64,000 bases of DNA from assembly GCA_002499585.1 (NCBI GenBank), contig DAMH01000027.1, positions 215,983 to 279,982 of the forward strand, written 5' to 3'. Shown one piece after another: positions 49,112-59,574 of the stretch (position 1 is the first letter of the stretch; every line of letters begins with the position of its first letter). Source of the stretch: Euryarchaeota archaeon UBA552. GTDB lineage: Archaea; Thermoplasmatota; Poseidoniia; Poseidoniales; Thalassarchaeaceae. A program made the position numbers and the translations under genes. The notes beneath the pieces are model-generated. The model searched no databases. It was not told where the DNA came from and saw nothing but the letters and a program-made list of their open reading frames with translations.

Positions 49112-51604
49112 TCAGTGTGACAGGTCTTTGACCTTAGCCACGAGGTCCATCCTAGTTATTCTGAATATGCCGATGGGAACCATGGCTACCGAGATTGCAA
49201 GGACGATTCCTATCAGTTGATAGGCGACCTCTGGAACCAGTGTTACTGGGAAATAGAATTGCCATGTGGAAAAAGACGCAGCCAGCCCAACCGCCCCAGC
49301 GAAAGCAAAACAAACACCGATGAACCCCCCAATTAGCCCGATGATTAGGCTCTCTGCCAATAGCATCCCTCCCAAACTGAATCTTGAGGCTCCAAGGACT
49401 CTGAGTGTTGCGAGTTCAAAGTCTCTCTCTGCAATGTTCATGACCATTGTATTGAACATAACCGCAAGTGTGAAGAGGACTCCTAAGCCCATAACTGCGT
49501 TCAAAAACTGGGTTTGTTGGTTCAATAGGTCTTCAACTCCATCCACCAGATCCTCTCGATCCAATATGCCAGCAGACATTTCCGCCAGTCTTTCATTTTC
49601 TGAAACCCCATCGGGCAATTGCAGGTACAAAGAAGTGGCATTCAATCCTGATATCTCGGAGAGATCTGGATGCGTGAAATACATTGTTCTAGAGAATTCC
49701 CCCCCTGTAGTGCCGCTGATCAATACTTCGATTTCTGTCGCGCCGATCTTAACATAATAGGGTTCACCGAGATCCCATCCTAACATCCTGAGTGATCCCT
49801 CATCCATCATTACTTCGATAGGTTGTTGTTTTGGAGAAGGCGGTTCCCCATCCGTGATCTCCACTGATCTCATTGACGAGCCTTGAGTGTAATTTGCGAG
49901 TGCTATTGCAGAAAAAGCACGTTCGGAGCCAGAGTCGTCCAAGAGAGCCCCAGAAGATATCTCAATTATTGATTCGTATTCTGCGCCTACCTGATCTGCC
50001 CATTGAATGATATCATTCTCGCCACCTGGAACGATGAATGCCTGCTTATCCCATGTCTGATCATCACTCAGACCTCCCAAGACGCTGTCCTTGAGTGCGA
50101 CCGTCATCATTTGTATCGAACCAGCGAGCATGAGAGATATTCCTACTGCAATCAGTGTCATCCCCAGACGAGTCGGCTTTCTCAAGCTGGATCTTATTGA
50201 TAGACCCAGCCTTGCTGGCATCCAACCGGTTATTGATTGTAGAAATCTAGAGCCCACCCGGATGTCGGTACGGCCGCTGAGTATTTCCAGAGGGTCTATT
50301 CTAGTCGCTCTCCATGCTGGAACGACGCCTGATACAATTACAATACCCATGGTTACTCCGAGAATTGAAGAGTAGGTTTCGAAGGAAACATCCCTATCGA
50401 TTATGGGCAGGCCCACTATACTTTCGTAAAAATCTAACATAGCATCTACTCCATAAGGACTAGCCAATGCCCCAATCAGACATGAGGGGGCACCTATAAC
50501 CACAGGCGCGATAAGATACCCCTGCATTATCGAAGTTCTGGGCACGCCCAACGTCCGGAGTATCGCAATTTCTCGAGATTGGCTCTGAACCAACCTCTGG
50601 AGGCTCAACGCGATGGTTATTGCAGCAATTGATTGGATCAAAATTGTGAAAGGAGTGGCAAACCTTTGAGACGATTCCAAATCTTGTCTCATCAACTCAA
50701 CCTGTTCATTCTGACCTCTGTCTCTAATCCTTCCATCGACTCCGGCTTCAAGCATGGATGATTCAATTAATTCTTTCATCTCATCCATGACTTCTCCCTC
50801 GTACCTATCTGTGGTGGGTAGATCATATTCTGGGATGCCATCTATGTCAATCATAATCGTGTTAGAGGACCCGACTATGTTTCCTGTAAGGCGAGCCATG
50901 CCCAGATCTGAGACATATCCAACAGCGTAGTCTCCATCCTCAGGCGGGAATATCGAACCCTCTGGTGCTAGGAAAACGTGTAATGGGTGATATGCCTTGC
51001 CAACGACCAAGAATTCATGACTGCCATTCCCGACTCCGACCCTCACAAGGTCCCCCAATTCTAGGGATAAGGCCTCAGTGACATGGGCATCAATGACTAT
51101 TTCATTCTCAGTGACCGCAGGAGCTCCTTCTGTATACCCGCTGGGAAACCAATTTCTATCGATGTCAGCTTCCGGGTGAATTCCGTGAATCAATGAGGTT
51201 ACGATTCTCTCGTTATTCTGGTCTTTATGAAAGAGGACTCCCTGCTGGATAATTCTGCCTTCACATCCGTCCACGGCCGGTAGATTATTGTTCCAATTGC
51301 TTTCCAAGCTTGAACAAAAAATAGACAATTGATCAGGAGTCCAGACTTGGGTCTTGTTGTCTATCCATATGTCTGCGAGGTTGCTACCGGAGTCCGTATC
51401 CTCGTACAAAGATTCGTACATTGGACCAAGATTTGATGAGTACCCACTAAATGTTATACCCGAAAAAACTCCCACAAAAATCATTCCAAAAACAGCAATT
51501 AACCTTAATTTAGAGCCCCAAAGGCTCCTCATAAGTCGCCTATTCAACAGATTATTCCCCGAGGTGGCTCTGCGAAAAATCCGAGTAGAGTATTTCCGAA
51601 CCAT
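49112..51604 (-). CDS. FtsX/MacB-type ABC transporter permease (duplicated)
   Basis: Two periplasmic+TM halves; REIAILRTLG and ELATLRVLG motifs. Confidence 0.9.
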   Translation of the reverse strand: MVRKYSTRIFRRATSGNNLLNRRLMRSLWGSKLRLIAVFGMIFVGVFSGITFSGYSSNLGPMYESLYEDTDSGSNLADIWIDNKTQVWTPDQLSIFCSSLESNWNNNLPAVDGCEGRIIQQGVLFHKDQNNERIVTSLIHGIHPEADIDRNWFPSGYTEGAPAVTENEIVIDAHVTEALSLELGDLVRVGVGNGSHEFLVVGKAYHPLHVFLAPEGSIFPPEDGDYAVGYVSDLGMARLTGNIVGSSNTIMIDIDGIPEYDLPTTDRYEGEVMDEMKELIESSMLEAGVDGRIRDRGQNEQVELMRQDLESSQRFATPFTILIQSIAAITIALSLQRLVQSQSREIAILRTLGVPRTSIMQGYLIAPVVIGAPSCLIGALASPYGVDAMLDFYESIVGLPIIDRDVSFETYSSILGVTMGIVIVSGVVPAWRATRIDPLEILSGRTDIRVGSRFLQSITGWMPARLGLSIRSSLRKPTRLGMTLIAVGISLMLAGSIQMMTVALKDSVLGGLSDDQTWDKQAFIVPGGENDIIQWADQVGAEYESIIEISSGALLDDSGSERAFSAIALANYTQGSSMRSVEITDGEPPSPKQQPIEVMMDEGSLRMLGWDLGEPYYVKIGATEIEVLISGTTGGEFSRTMYFTHPDLSEISGLNATSLYLQLPDGVSENERLAEMSAGILDREDLVDGVEDLLNQQTQFLNAVMGLGVLFTLAVMFNTMVMNIAERDFELATLRVLGASRFSLGGMLLAESLIIGLIGGFIGVCFAFAGAVGLAASFSTWQFYFPVTLVPEVAYQLIGIVLAISVAMVPIGIFRITRMDLVAKVKDLSH

Positions 51605-51622
51605 AGTCTCGCCCTGCTATTA

Positions 51623-52306
51623 TTAACCAGAGGTTTTTACGATCTCGTTGGATATAATTCTACCACTGTCAATCCTGATGATGCGAGTGGCATATTTCAC
51701 CAATGATTCATCATGAGTTACAAAGACTGCAGTGATATTCTCTTGATCACAAGCCTGAACGAGTATTTCCATCACCTTGCTGGAGGTCAGAGTGTCTAGA
51801 TTACCGGTTAACTCGTCTCCTAGCAATAATGCAGGTCTCTTGGCCAAGCTGCGAGCGATTGCAACTCGTTGTTGTTGGCCCCCACTTATCTCTCCTGGGA
51901 ACCTGTTCCTTTCTTCATAGAGGCCAACAAGGGCGAGTAGTTCTTGAGCTCGTTGTGGATCTTTTTTTCCTGAAAGTTCTTGAATCAATACTATGTTCTC
52001 GAGAATTGTCAGATCTTGTAGAAGATTGAAGAATTGGAAAACGTACCCTATATTCTCCCTCCTGAATGAGGTCATTTTTTCCGAATCGCTTCTTGGCACT
52101 TGTTTTCCTTTGAATCTGTAGTTTCCTTTAGTCGGGCTATCAAGCGCTGACAGGCAATTTAGAAGGGTAGTCTTACCTGAACCAGATGGGCCGAGCAAAA
52201 TTACCCTCTCTCCCTGCTCTATCTGGAGATTCACACCATCAAGGGCCTTAACAACGCCTGCTGGTGTCTCATAGTGCCTTTCCAATGAAGAGATATCTAT
52301 GATCAT
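51623..52306 (-). CDS. ABC transporter ATP-binding protein (LolD/MacB type)
   Basis: [35 protein letters not shown]. Confidence 0.95.
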   Translation of the reverse strand: MIIDISSLERHYETPAGVVKALDGVNLQIEQGERVILLGPSGSGKTTLLNCLSALDSPTKGNYRFKGKQVPRSDSEKMTSFRRENIGYVFQFFNLLQDLTILENIVLIQELSGKKDPQRAQELLALVGLYEERNRFPGEISGGQQQRVAIARSLAKRPALLLGDELTGNLDTLTSSKVMEILVQACDQENITAVFVTHDESLVKYATRIIRIDSGRIISNEIVKTSG

Positions 52307-52338
52307 GTATGGAATTCATCCGCTGACAGTTTTTGAAA

Positions 52339-54408
52339 TTAATTGATAGAGACCTTATTGAAGAATGCCATCGATTCACGGAAAAGCTCCTCTCTTCTCA
52401 ATCGCTTATTTCTTCGCAGATGGAAGAACGTGAACAAAAATACTAGGCCGATCAGAAAGGGGATCAGTACTTCGGCCTGATAGCGCTCCATAAATTCAAT
52501 AATTCCCCTCGCTGTATAGGCCCAGGTGATGGATGCGGCGGTCCCGCCTAGTGTACATGCAAATAACACTCTTTCAAACCTCATTCTCGCCACAAGCCCT
52601 AGCATTGCTCCAACAAGGACCCCGCTGGCCATGAACGGTATCCAAACGAAAACAATCAACCCCCAGAATCCATATTTGTCTATCCTCTTTCTATTCCTTT
52701 GGGCGACATACTCTACGCTGGACAAGATGTCTCCCCCAACGGTTTGCAATAGTGTCCCAGTTATTCCGTGCTGTTTTGCGACTAGCGCCTCTCCTGTGAA
52801 ATTAGAACCGCCTTGCTCGACGCGTCCCGCGACCGCCTGATCTGCTAAAGTACGCCTCAGGTTTCTGGCACTCACGACTACTTTTCTATCATCGAGTAAA
52901 GAACCAAGACCGTTCTCGAGGCGTTCTGATAGGCTCTCCTCGATTTCTATGAAATTCCGTGGGAACATGAAGTAGCTGAACCGCATTCTGGGGCGATAAA
53001 TCATTCTTACATAAACCGCAGCATGGTCCGCGGACACCAATGTCCCCTCATCAACAAGATCGTATTGATCCAACAGTGCCTTAATCACAGGACGCGCTGT
53101 GTCTTCAATTGTCCCAATCAGAGATATTGATTCGAAGAAAGGGCGGTAATCCCCGTCTACATTCTCAGGGTTAAAACCCTGCATGCCGAATTTACTGGTC
53201 AGGACGATTGATTCCTCCACTCTAGCTTGGCTCACCGACTGAACTCTTAGTTGGAGCGGCCTCATTTCCCCGAAAATCGAAAATTCTGACAATAGGTCCC
53301 TCATCAATATTGATCTGACGTCAGTTTTGGTCATTATGCTCCGACTGTCTGTGACGTAGGGTACGAACACATCTATCGAGATTGAACGTTCTTGCATTCT
53401 AAGTAGATCGAAATCAATTTTTATTGATGCTTCATTTTGCGAGTTTTCCAGAACCCTGACAATGAGTCTCCTAACCTGTCTTTCATTGAGCGCCTCCTCA
53501 GCCTCTCTATGGTACATCTTGTGCATCAACGGATATTGGATATACAGGAACACTATGGACATCCCGAGTGAAACGAATGCCATCCACCAAGCAGGTACTC
53601 CACCGCTTCCGCCTGTAAGCATCGCAGTTTCACGTCCTCCGGCCCATTCTGCTGCCATGAGTATCCAACCCCACTCCCCAAGATCTCTGAAGGTCATGCA
53701 AGCTCTGGGCCCGGATTCTTTGATGTCTATCTCGATTACATCGCCATCTGAGAAAAATCCTATTTTTTGCTTTTGATCCACGTCTATCTCAAATTCTTGA
53801 GAATATATCTCCGGGGAATATTCCAATACGTGGGAATCATTAGAATCGATATGAGATGTAATATTCCTTATGGAGACCAGAATTCTCTGTTCCCCGCGAT
53901 ACATTTCCTCCCCGTCAATGGTGGACGACAGGTCCCCAAATCCACGAATTAGATGTTCTACATTCTTACCGTTTATGTCAGTGAAGTATATAGCTAGCCC
54001 GGTATCAATATCAGGGACATTGTAGGAGCGGATCTTCAAATCTTGATGGTCGGGGTACACAGATAGCCATATTCTTCCCTGTTTGTCGATGCATTCTCCT
54101 CCGTTGTCCAATGGGGTTTTAGACAGAGTTTGATCGATGACCACCGAATCTTCCGCTAGGATCCCTGTGCTTGCAGTGGCAATTAACAAAAGGAAGAATC
54201 CACCGAATACAACGCCAAAGAGAAGAACGTAGTCTTCGACAGCCCAGCGGAAGAATCGGGTGTCCCCAAGACGCCTTTCTCTAATTGAGTCCAGTTCCCT
54301 ATCCAGCCGGCCTTTCTCAGCTTCGGAAAAAAGATGGGATACATCGTTGATGTCGACCTTCCCATCCTTGTTAAAATCCAAAGCTTGGGCCGATCCATCG
54401 GATGGCAT
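52339..54408 (-). CDS. Large membrane protein with C-terminal small-multidrug-export (DedA-related) domain
   Basis: C-terminal KYGFWGLIVFVWIPFMASGVLVGAMLG; N-terminal EF-hand-like DFNKDGKVDIND; internal TMs. Confidence 0.7.
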   Translation of the reverse strand: MPSDGSAQALDFNKDGKVDINDVSHLFSEAEKGRLDRELDSIRERRLGDTRFFRWAVEDYVLLFGVVFGGFFLLLIATASTGILAEDSVVIDQTLSKTPLDNGGECIDKQGRIWLSVYPDHQDLKIRSYNVPDIDTGLAIYFTDINGKNVEHLIRGFGDLSSTIDGEEMYRGEQRILVSIRNITSHIDSNDSHVLEYSPEIYSQEFEIDVDQKQKIGFFSDGDVIEIDIKESGPRACMTFRDLGEWGWILMAAEWAGGRETAMLTGGSGGVPAWWMAFVSLGMSIVFLYIQYPLMHKMYHREAEEALNERQVRRLIVRVLENSQNEASIKIDFDLLRMQERSISIDVFVPYVTDSRSIMTKTDVRSILMRDLLSEFSIFGEMRPLQLRVQSVSQARVEESIVLTSKFGMQGFNPENVDGDYRPFFESISLIGTIEDTARPVIKALLDQYDLVDEGTLVSADHAAVYVRMIYRPRMRFSYFMFPRNFIEIEESLSERLENGLGSLLDDRKVVVSARNLRRTLADQAVAGRVEQGGSNFTGEALVAKQHGITGTLLQTVGGDILSSVEYVAQRNRKRIDKYGFWGLIVFVWIPFMASGVLVGAMLGLVARMRFERVLFACTLGGTAASITWAYTARGIIEFMERYQAEVLIPFLIGLVFLFTFFHLRRNKRLRREELFRESMAFFNKVSIN

Positions 54409-54473
54409 GACACGCCATGAGGTGGGTACTTCATCAAGCCGTTGGCTTATTTTCGATGGTTGTGGAAAAGAAT

Positions 54474-54558
54474 TGGTGCAGGGGACAGGATTCGAACCTG
54501 CGAAGCACTACGCACTGGGACCTAAACCCAGCCCCTTTGACCGCTCGGGAACCCCTGC
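54474..54558 (-). tRNA. tRNA-Leu(TAG), CCA encoded
   Basis: Reverse complement GCAGGGG...GAGCGGTCAAAGG..CTGGG-TTTAGGT-CCCAG, long variable arm, GGTTCGAATCC, CCCCTGC-A-CCA. Confidence 0.96.
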
Positions 54559-54580
54559 TGTTGATTGGCCGAGCCACGCA

Positions 54581-54590
54581 CTATATTTTA
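54581..54590 (-). promoter_or_regulatory. TATA box of tRNA-Leu
   Basis: TAAAATATAG on the minus strand about 25 nt upstream of the tRNA 5' end. Confidence 0.55.
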
Positions 54591-54780
54591 CGATGCCGCG
54601 AGGTTTGGCCGCAAACGACCCCCTAACCATCGATTGTTTAGAAAACAACGGGCGTAGATAAGAATGTTTTTTATGGAAATCAGCAATTTAACCGCGGCTA
54701 CATAATTGGCGTCACGTGATGTGAAACCCCCACCAAGGTCATAACTCAACCGCACCGCGAACGGACATCACGGTGGCTCC

Positions 54781-55788
54781 ATGGCTCGCATTGGAATTTT
54801 TGGCATGGGTAACTGGGGGACAGCTCTCGCCAAGATATGGAGTGAGGATGGGCATACAGTCACGGGCTGGACTGTAGAGAACGATGTCTATGAATCTCTA
54901 ATGATTGATTCAACGAATCATAAGTATCTGCCTAATGTCGTAATGCCAGACATACAGGCCACTATGGCTCACGAGGATATTTTGAATGGTTCAGAAATCC
55001 TGGTTTTTGCTCTTCCCAGCGGAGTAATCCTGGAGGTTATTGATTTGATCCTTCCCGGACTGCGTCCTTCGCATGTCATTCTGGACCTCGCCAAGGGGTT
55101 GGCGCCAGAGGAAGCTAGTCGGGATGGTATGATTTCAAATGCCATTGAACAGAGGCTGAGATCCGTAGGAAAATCAAACCCTGTTGTCGTATTAACGGGT
55201 CCTACCATAGCTCCCGAGGTAGCGAGAGGGGTGATAACCAGTGCCCTTGTTGCTTGTGATGATGACTCCGTAGCTGAAAGGATTGCCCAGAGGCTTTCAA
55301 CCAAGACCCTGATATTAACATCCGCAGATGATCCGACGGGGGCTGAATTATGGGGCGCCTACAAGAATACTGTCGCTCTTGCTTGCGGATTAGTAGATGG
55401 TTTGAGAGAATCCATTGGCGGCGATAACCTCAAGGCGGCCTTAGTACAGTCTGGATTCAACGAAGGTCGATATCTGTTGTCAAAGATGGGTGCGAGCCCT
55501 GAGACTGCTTTTGGTCCGGCCGGACTAGGAGATCTGTACGTCACTTCAACAAGCCCGAGAAGTAGGAATAGGACGCTCGGAGAGAAGTTGGGACAGGGTA
55601 AGAATCTTGAACAAGCCCTTTCTGAAATGACAATGGTTGCTGAAGGTGTACGTGCTGCAAGGATGTTCTCGGAAACCGCATCAAAAAACAACTGGGAAGT
55701 CCCATTCCTAGGTGCTTTGTGTGACCTCCTAGATGGCGAAATTACCGCCGAAGAGTCAGTTAGAAGGATGGTAGAATCCATTCAATGA
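54781..55788 (+). CDS. gpsA: NAD(P)H-dependent glycerol-3-phosphate dehydrogenase
   Basis: GMGNWGTALA, KG, GPTIA.EV, KN..A.ACG, GDN, G.AGLGDL..T, SRN, VAEG. Confidence 0.95.
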   Translation: MARIGIFGMGNWGTALAKIWSEDGHTVTGWTVENDVYESLMIDSTNHKYLPNVVMPDIQATMAHEDILNGSEILVFALPSGVILEVIDLILPGLRPSHVILDLAKGLAPEEASRDGMISNAIEQRLRSVGKSNPVVVLTGPTIAPEVARGVITSALVACDDDSVAERIAQRLSTKTLILTSADDPTGAELWGAYKNTVALACGLVDGLRESIGGDNLKAALVQSGFNEGRYLLSKMGASPETAFGPAGLGDLYVTSTSPRSRNRTLGEKLGQGKNLEQALSEMTMVAEGVRAARMFSETASKNNWEVPFLGALCDLLDGEITAEESVRRMVESIQ

Positions 55789-55797
55789 TTCCTTTGT

Positions 55798-56670
55798 TTA
55801 TTGGCCAGGGAGAAATACTCCCAACCACGTTGGTCTTTTTTGTGACCTCTCATCGTTGAAGAAGGACCTAATATAAACTGAAGCGGCATCAATGACCAAA
55901 ACTGTTGCAAATATCAGAATAAGATATGCTAGCACCCTATCGTATACTAGGAATCCTAGGTAAAGATCAATGTAATAGCCAATCCCACCTGCTCCGACTA
56001 TACCTATGACTGTTCCATGTCGAACATTGTATTCGAACATGAAAATGGCTTGGGATATCAAGTCGTTCGCGGACTCCGGGATTACGATGTTCAATGCCTT
56101 GTCGACCCCAGAGAGACCTGCTGCGTCGGCTGCTTCCAAAGGAGTATTATTCATTCCTTCAATTGCCTCATATTGTAGTTTACCAAGGTACCCAACGGTG
56201 TACACCGTCATGGCAAAAATTCCAGATACAGGGCCCATCCCAATGAGGATCACGAAGAATATTGCCCAGATCAAAGAAGGTAGGCTTCTCAGGGACGCTA
56301 ACAGGAGCCTGGCAAAGGTGGATACTGCCAAAGGGCTGATGTTTCGAGCGGCTAACAAAGCCAGGGGTAATGAAAATGTCATACCAAATACTGTAGAAAC
56401 GAAAGCAATTTGAAGAGTCTCAGTCATGCCGATCCAAGCAGTGGAGCATGTTACTTCCAGCCATTCAGGCGCCTCGCATTGAGGGTAAGCCCGTGGCTTG
56501 AATACGCTCCAATCTGGTGGCCATAGTGATTGGTAGAAGAAAGTCTTCAGATTGTCCAAACCGTTTGCAGCTCTTCCCCAATCATCAACTGCATGGTTCA
56601 TCACGAAAACTGCGGAGAAAAACAGCATCAGGAAATAAAAACCCGGATGAACCCTGATTTTCTCTGTCAT
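55798..56670 (-). CDS. phnE: PhnE/PtxC family ABC permease
   Basis: WPPD, ETLQIA, RSLP.LIWA, GKL.YEAIE, FEYNVR..TVIGIVGAGGIG. Confidence 0.9.
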   Translation of the reverse strand: MTEKIRVHPGFYFLMLFFSAVFVMNHAVDDWGRAANGLDNLKTFFYQSLWPPDWSVFKPRAYPQCEAPEWLEVTCSTAWIGMTETLQIAFVSTVFGMTFSLPLALLAARNISPLAVSTFARLLLASLRSLPSLIWAIFFVILIGMGPVSGIFAMTVYTVGYLGKLQYEAIEGMNNTPLEAADAAGLSGVDKALNIVIPESANDLISQAIFMFEYNVRHGTVIGIVGAGGIGYYIDLYLGFLVYDRVLAYLILIFATVLVIDAASVYIRSFFNDERSQKRPTWLGVFLPGQ

Positions 56671-57386
56671 TTTTGTACCTCCATCATCATGGATTCCGGA
56701 TTCAGAATTTTCAGCGTCCCTTCATCCATAACCATTATTTTGTCAGCAATATTGCTCGCTCTCTTCATATCGTGCTCTATTAGGATAACTGCAGCATCCG
56801 CCGACCTAGCATAGTTCACTACGGTTTCCGACACATTGGACATTGTTTCATGATCCAACTCGCTGAGAAATTCATCGGCGAGGATGACACGGGGGCTCTG
56901 TGCCAAAGTCCTAGCGGTAGCGACTCTTCTTTGTTGTCCTCCTGAAAGTCTCCTTACTGGTTCCCAAATCTTCTCAGTGAGCCCCATTTTTTCAATTGAT
57001 TTCCTTGCCATTTCTTTGGCATCTTTTGAAGCGAGTACCCCCAAGAAACCGCCGTAAGTGGCCCTAGATCCAATCAGTACATTGTGAAATACGCTCGCAT
57101 GTCGGACAAGTCCCAATCTTTGGGGAATGTATCCGAGATTTCCTCGATCTGGTCTTTTTGGGATTTCAGCGCCACAGACTGATATTCTTCCAGCAAGAGG
57201 TTGTACCAACCCCGCAATAGTCTTGATTAGAGTGGTTTTTCCTATACCTGAGAGGCCCGCTATGGCTATGATCTCTCCACACCTAACATTGAGTGATGAG
57301 ATTTCAGCGAGTGGCGTATCTTGGCTATACCCAATCACTACCCCCTCTAATTGAACCAGAATTTGATTCGATTCCCCCCCCGGCAT
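56667..57386 (-). CDS. phnC: PhnC-like ABC ATP-binding protein
   Basis: GLSGIGKT, Q..GLV...SV..NVL.G, LSGGQQRRV, LADE; coupled to phnE. Confidence 0.85.
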   Translation of the reverse strand: MPGGESNQILVQLEGVVIGYSQDTPLAEISSLNVRCGEIIAIAGLSGIGKTTLIKTIAGLVQPLAGRISVCGAEIPKRPDRGNLGYIPQRLGLVRHASVFHNVLIGSRATYGGFLGVLASKDAKEMARKSIEKMGLTEKIWEPVRRLSGGQQRRVATARTLAQSPRVILADEFLSELDHETMSNVSETVVNYARSADAAVILIEHDMKRASNIADKIMVMDEGTLKILNPESMMMEVQK

Positions 57387-57525
57387 GTTTTTACCACTTC
57401 AAAGCCCTTATTTGGATATGGTGGATGTTTATGTTTCCCTGGATCTCTGAAATGTCTTTGAAACTATCATTTTATGTCTGATTGGAGACATAACGTGAAG
57501 TGTGAAGCCACACGCAGTACACCAT

Positions 57526-59574
57526 ATGAGTAGAACCCCTGCGGTTACAATGATGTTTCTTTTACTCATCTCGTATGTCACCTACGACTGGCCAGCAACC
57601 CCAAAATCCCTCGATGAGGATCCCGATAGGATGGAGCAGTTTGGAGGAGGCAGTACATTTGAGGCTCAATGTTCAAAGAGCTCTTTCGAGGATGTTTTTA
57701 CCTATACATGGGCTGAATTCAACGTATCAGTTGCTAGTAATTGGAGAAGTGCGCAAATTGAGGCTGTGGCATGGGTGAACGGCACTATGGCGGACGATTT
57801 CAGAATATTCCTGGATGACTTACTTGCACGCTTCATCCCAAGTGGTGGTGACGGATGGCTATCATCTGATGAGAGGGAGGCAGTTCGTGCGGTTGCTGCC
57901 GACTGCGTCGAGTATACTATGACGAGAGTGGGTGTAAGGGATGGCGTGCATCACAGAGGCGGTCCGGCAGTAGATTGGCGCAACGCGACTTGGGTTGAAG
58001 ATGGGGTTTCGATAGATGAATGGAACATGGTTCCAGAGAATCACGAATCTGTCAGGAGTTGCACCAACATTGGGAGTAGCCAGAATTGTTACGAGGTCCC
58101 TGTTGAGCCATCACAGTCAAGAGATTGCGACACAAACAACGAACTACAAGACGAGTGCAGAATTGAATTGATGCTTTCGGGTACTGTCGATTTGCACAAT
58201 ATAGAGTCAGTTGAGACTTTGACCTTGGCGATGAATGTCTCAAACATTTCAAGAGCTACATATACCGTTAATGCACCATTCGTAGACGGCATGAGGCTTG
58301 CCTTGTTTGAGGAGTGTGAGGGAAGAGATCTTTTGACCGGCAAGTCTCCTACCCCACTCAGAGGATCCTGCATAGGAGATGGATCATCCAAAGCAAGTCA
58401 CCACTATGATGACCAGGGAGCAATGGTTTTGAATATCGAGCCGAATCGGTCGAGTTCCTTCTGGCCGTCAGGTGAGGATCTTTTCTTTGACTTGACGACT
58501 ATCTCTCCGCCGGTCGATCAGGCGCCGATTTGGAGCTCTACATCACCTCCTGAAGGGACCATTTGGGCCTATAGTTCAAATTCGAAATATGTCGATTCAT
58601 CAGGTCTGAACATAGCCGATTGGTCTGATGTGTCCAGTTGGTTTATCGATGAGGGTCCAGTATCATCACTTGAAATAAATTGCTTTTTGGAGGAAGATTC
58701 CGACATCAACATGGTCTCTGATTCAAGGACAATAATCGCAAACATAGACGAAGAGGCCATGTCGACTTCGTTCATGTGTTCAGCTGAAGACATCTCAGGC
58801 CAATCTACGGGATTTCGAAATTTCACGGCTTTGAATGTGATTTCCTTTTCAAGGCCCGATGGCTTCAATGAAATCCACGATAATATTGAACTCATTTTTA
58901 GAAACACATCAATCCCCGAATTTTATCATGCAAAAATAGCAGATTTGGAAGTCAGAGTTGGTGTGAGCAGCCCCTTTGGGGAGCCGATTTTCTTCGATAA
59001 TCCGATTGTTCTCCACGAATCTGCAGAGAGTCAGAACTTCACTGGCGAGCTGTCATTTCTTCCACCAGGAGTTGTTGAAACCTGGCTTGATTTCAGCGGC
59101 CCGGGATTCTACGAAAGAATAGAAATGTTAGATTTGGAGCTGTATAAAGTCGGAGACCCCCCTGTTCTGTCTGTCCTTGAATCAGGCTGGACTGATACAT
59201 CTTGGCAGATGAGAGGCGTATTTAGCGAACCAGACGGTGAAAAGGTGTCTTTTACCATGTTCATCGACGGTATAAACATGGGTTCTGTCCAATCAACTGG
59301 AAACACGTGGTCGGTGGGCCCGGTCAACTTCGAGTTATTTGAAATCGGACCCCACACGATATCCGTGAGGGCGTGTGATGAATCTGGGCTGTGTTCTTTT
59401 ATTGATATGGAGATTGATTCTACATTACCACTCGCTAAAGACGGCCACGAGTATGATGCACCGGACGACACAGACGGCGGCGGCGGAATGCTGCCCTTCC
59501 CGGTTTATTCATCGATGTGGGGAATTGTCGCGGCTGCATTCATTTATGGAAAGGGTCGGCGTGAAGGCATATGA
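57526..59574 (+). CDS. Acidic Cys-containing surface protein with Ig-like domains and C-terminal anchor
   Basis: N-terminal hydrophobic signal, many paired Cys, GPHTISVRACD Ig-like motif, C-terminal GGMLPF+TM+GRR. Confidence 0.75.
   Translation: MSRTPAVTMMFLLLISYVTYDWPATPKSLDEDPDRMEQFGGGSTFEAQCSKSSFEDVFTYTWAEFNVSVASNWRSAQIEAVAWVNGTMADDFRIFLDDLLARFIPSGGDGWLSSDEREAVRAVAADCVEYTMTRVGVRDGVHHRGGPAVDWRNATWVEDGVSIDEWNMVPENHESVRSCTNIGSSQNCYEVPVEPSQSRDCDTNNELQDECRIELMLSGTVDLHNIESVETLTLAMNVSNISRATYTVNAPFVDGMRLALFEECEGRDLLTGKSPTPLRGSCIGDGSSKASHHYDDQGAMVLNIEPNRSSSFWPSGEDLFFDLTTISPPVDQAPIWSSTSPPEGTIWAYSSNSKYVDSSGLNIADWSDVSSWFIDEGPVSSLEINCFLEEDSDINMVSDSRTIIANIDEEAMSTSFMCSAEDISGQSTGFRNFTALNVISFSRPDGFNEIHDNIELIFRNTSIPEFYHAKIADLEVRVGVSSPFGEPIFFDNPIVLHESAESQNFTGELSFLPPGVVETWLDFSGPGFYERIEMLDLELYKVGDPPVLSVLESGWTDTSWQMRGVFSEPDGEKVSFTMFIDGINMGSVQSTGNTWSVGPVNFELFEIGPHTISVRACDESGLCSFIDMEIDSTLPLAKDGHEYDAPDDTDGGGGMLPFPVYSSMWGIVAAAFIYGKGRREGI

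Noticed and set aside
54260-54661. ORFs 54260..54661 and 54417..54626
   Set aside because: Shadow ORFs antisense to the tRNA and the neighbouring CDS
54409-54780. Integrative element at tRNA-Leu
   Set aside because: No integrase, no duplicated tRNA 3' end noticed, and flanking genes look like core genes
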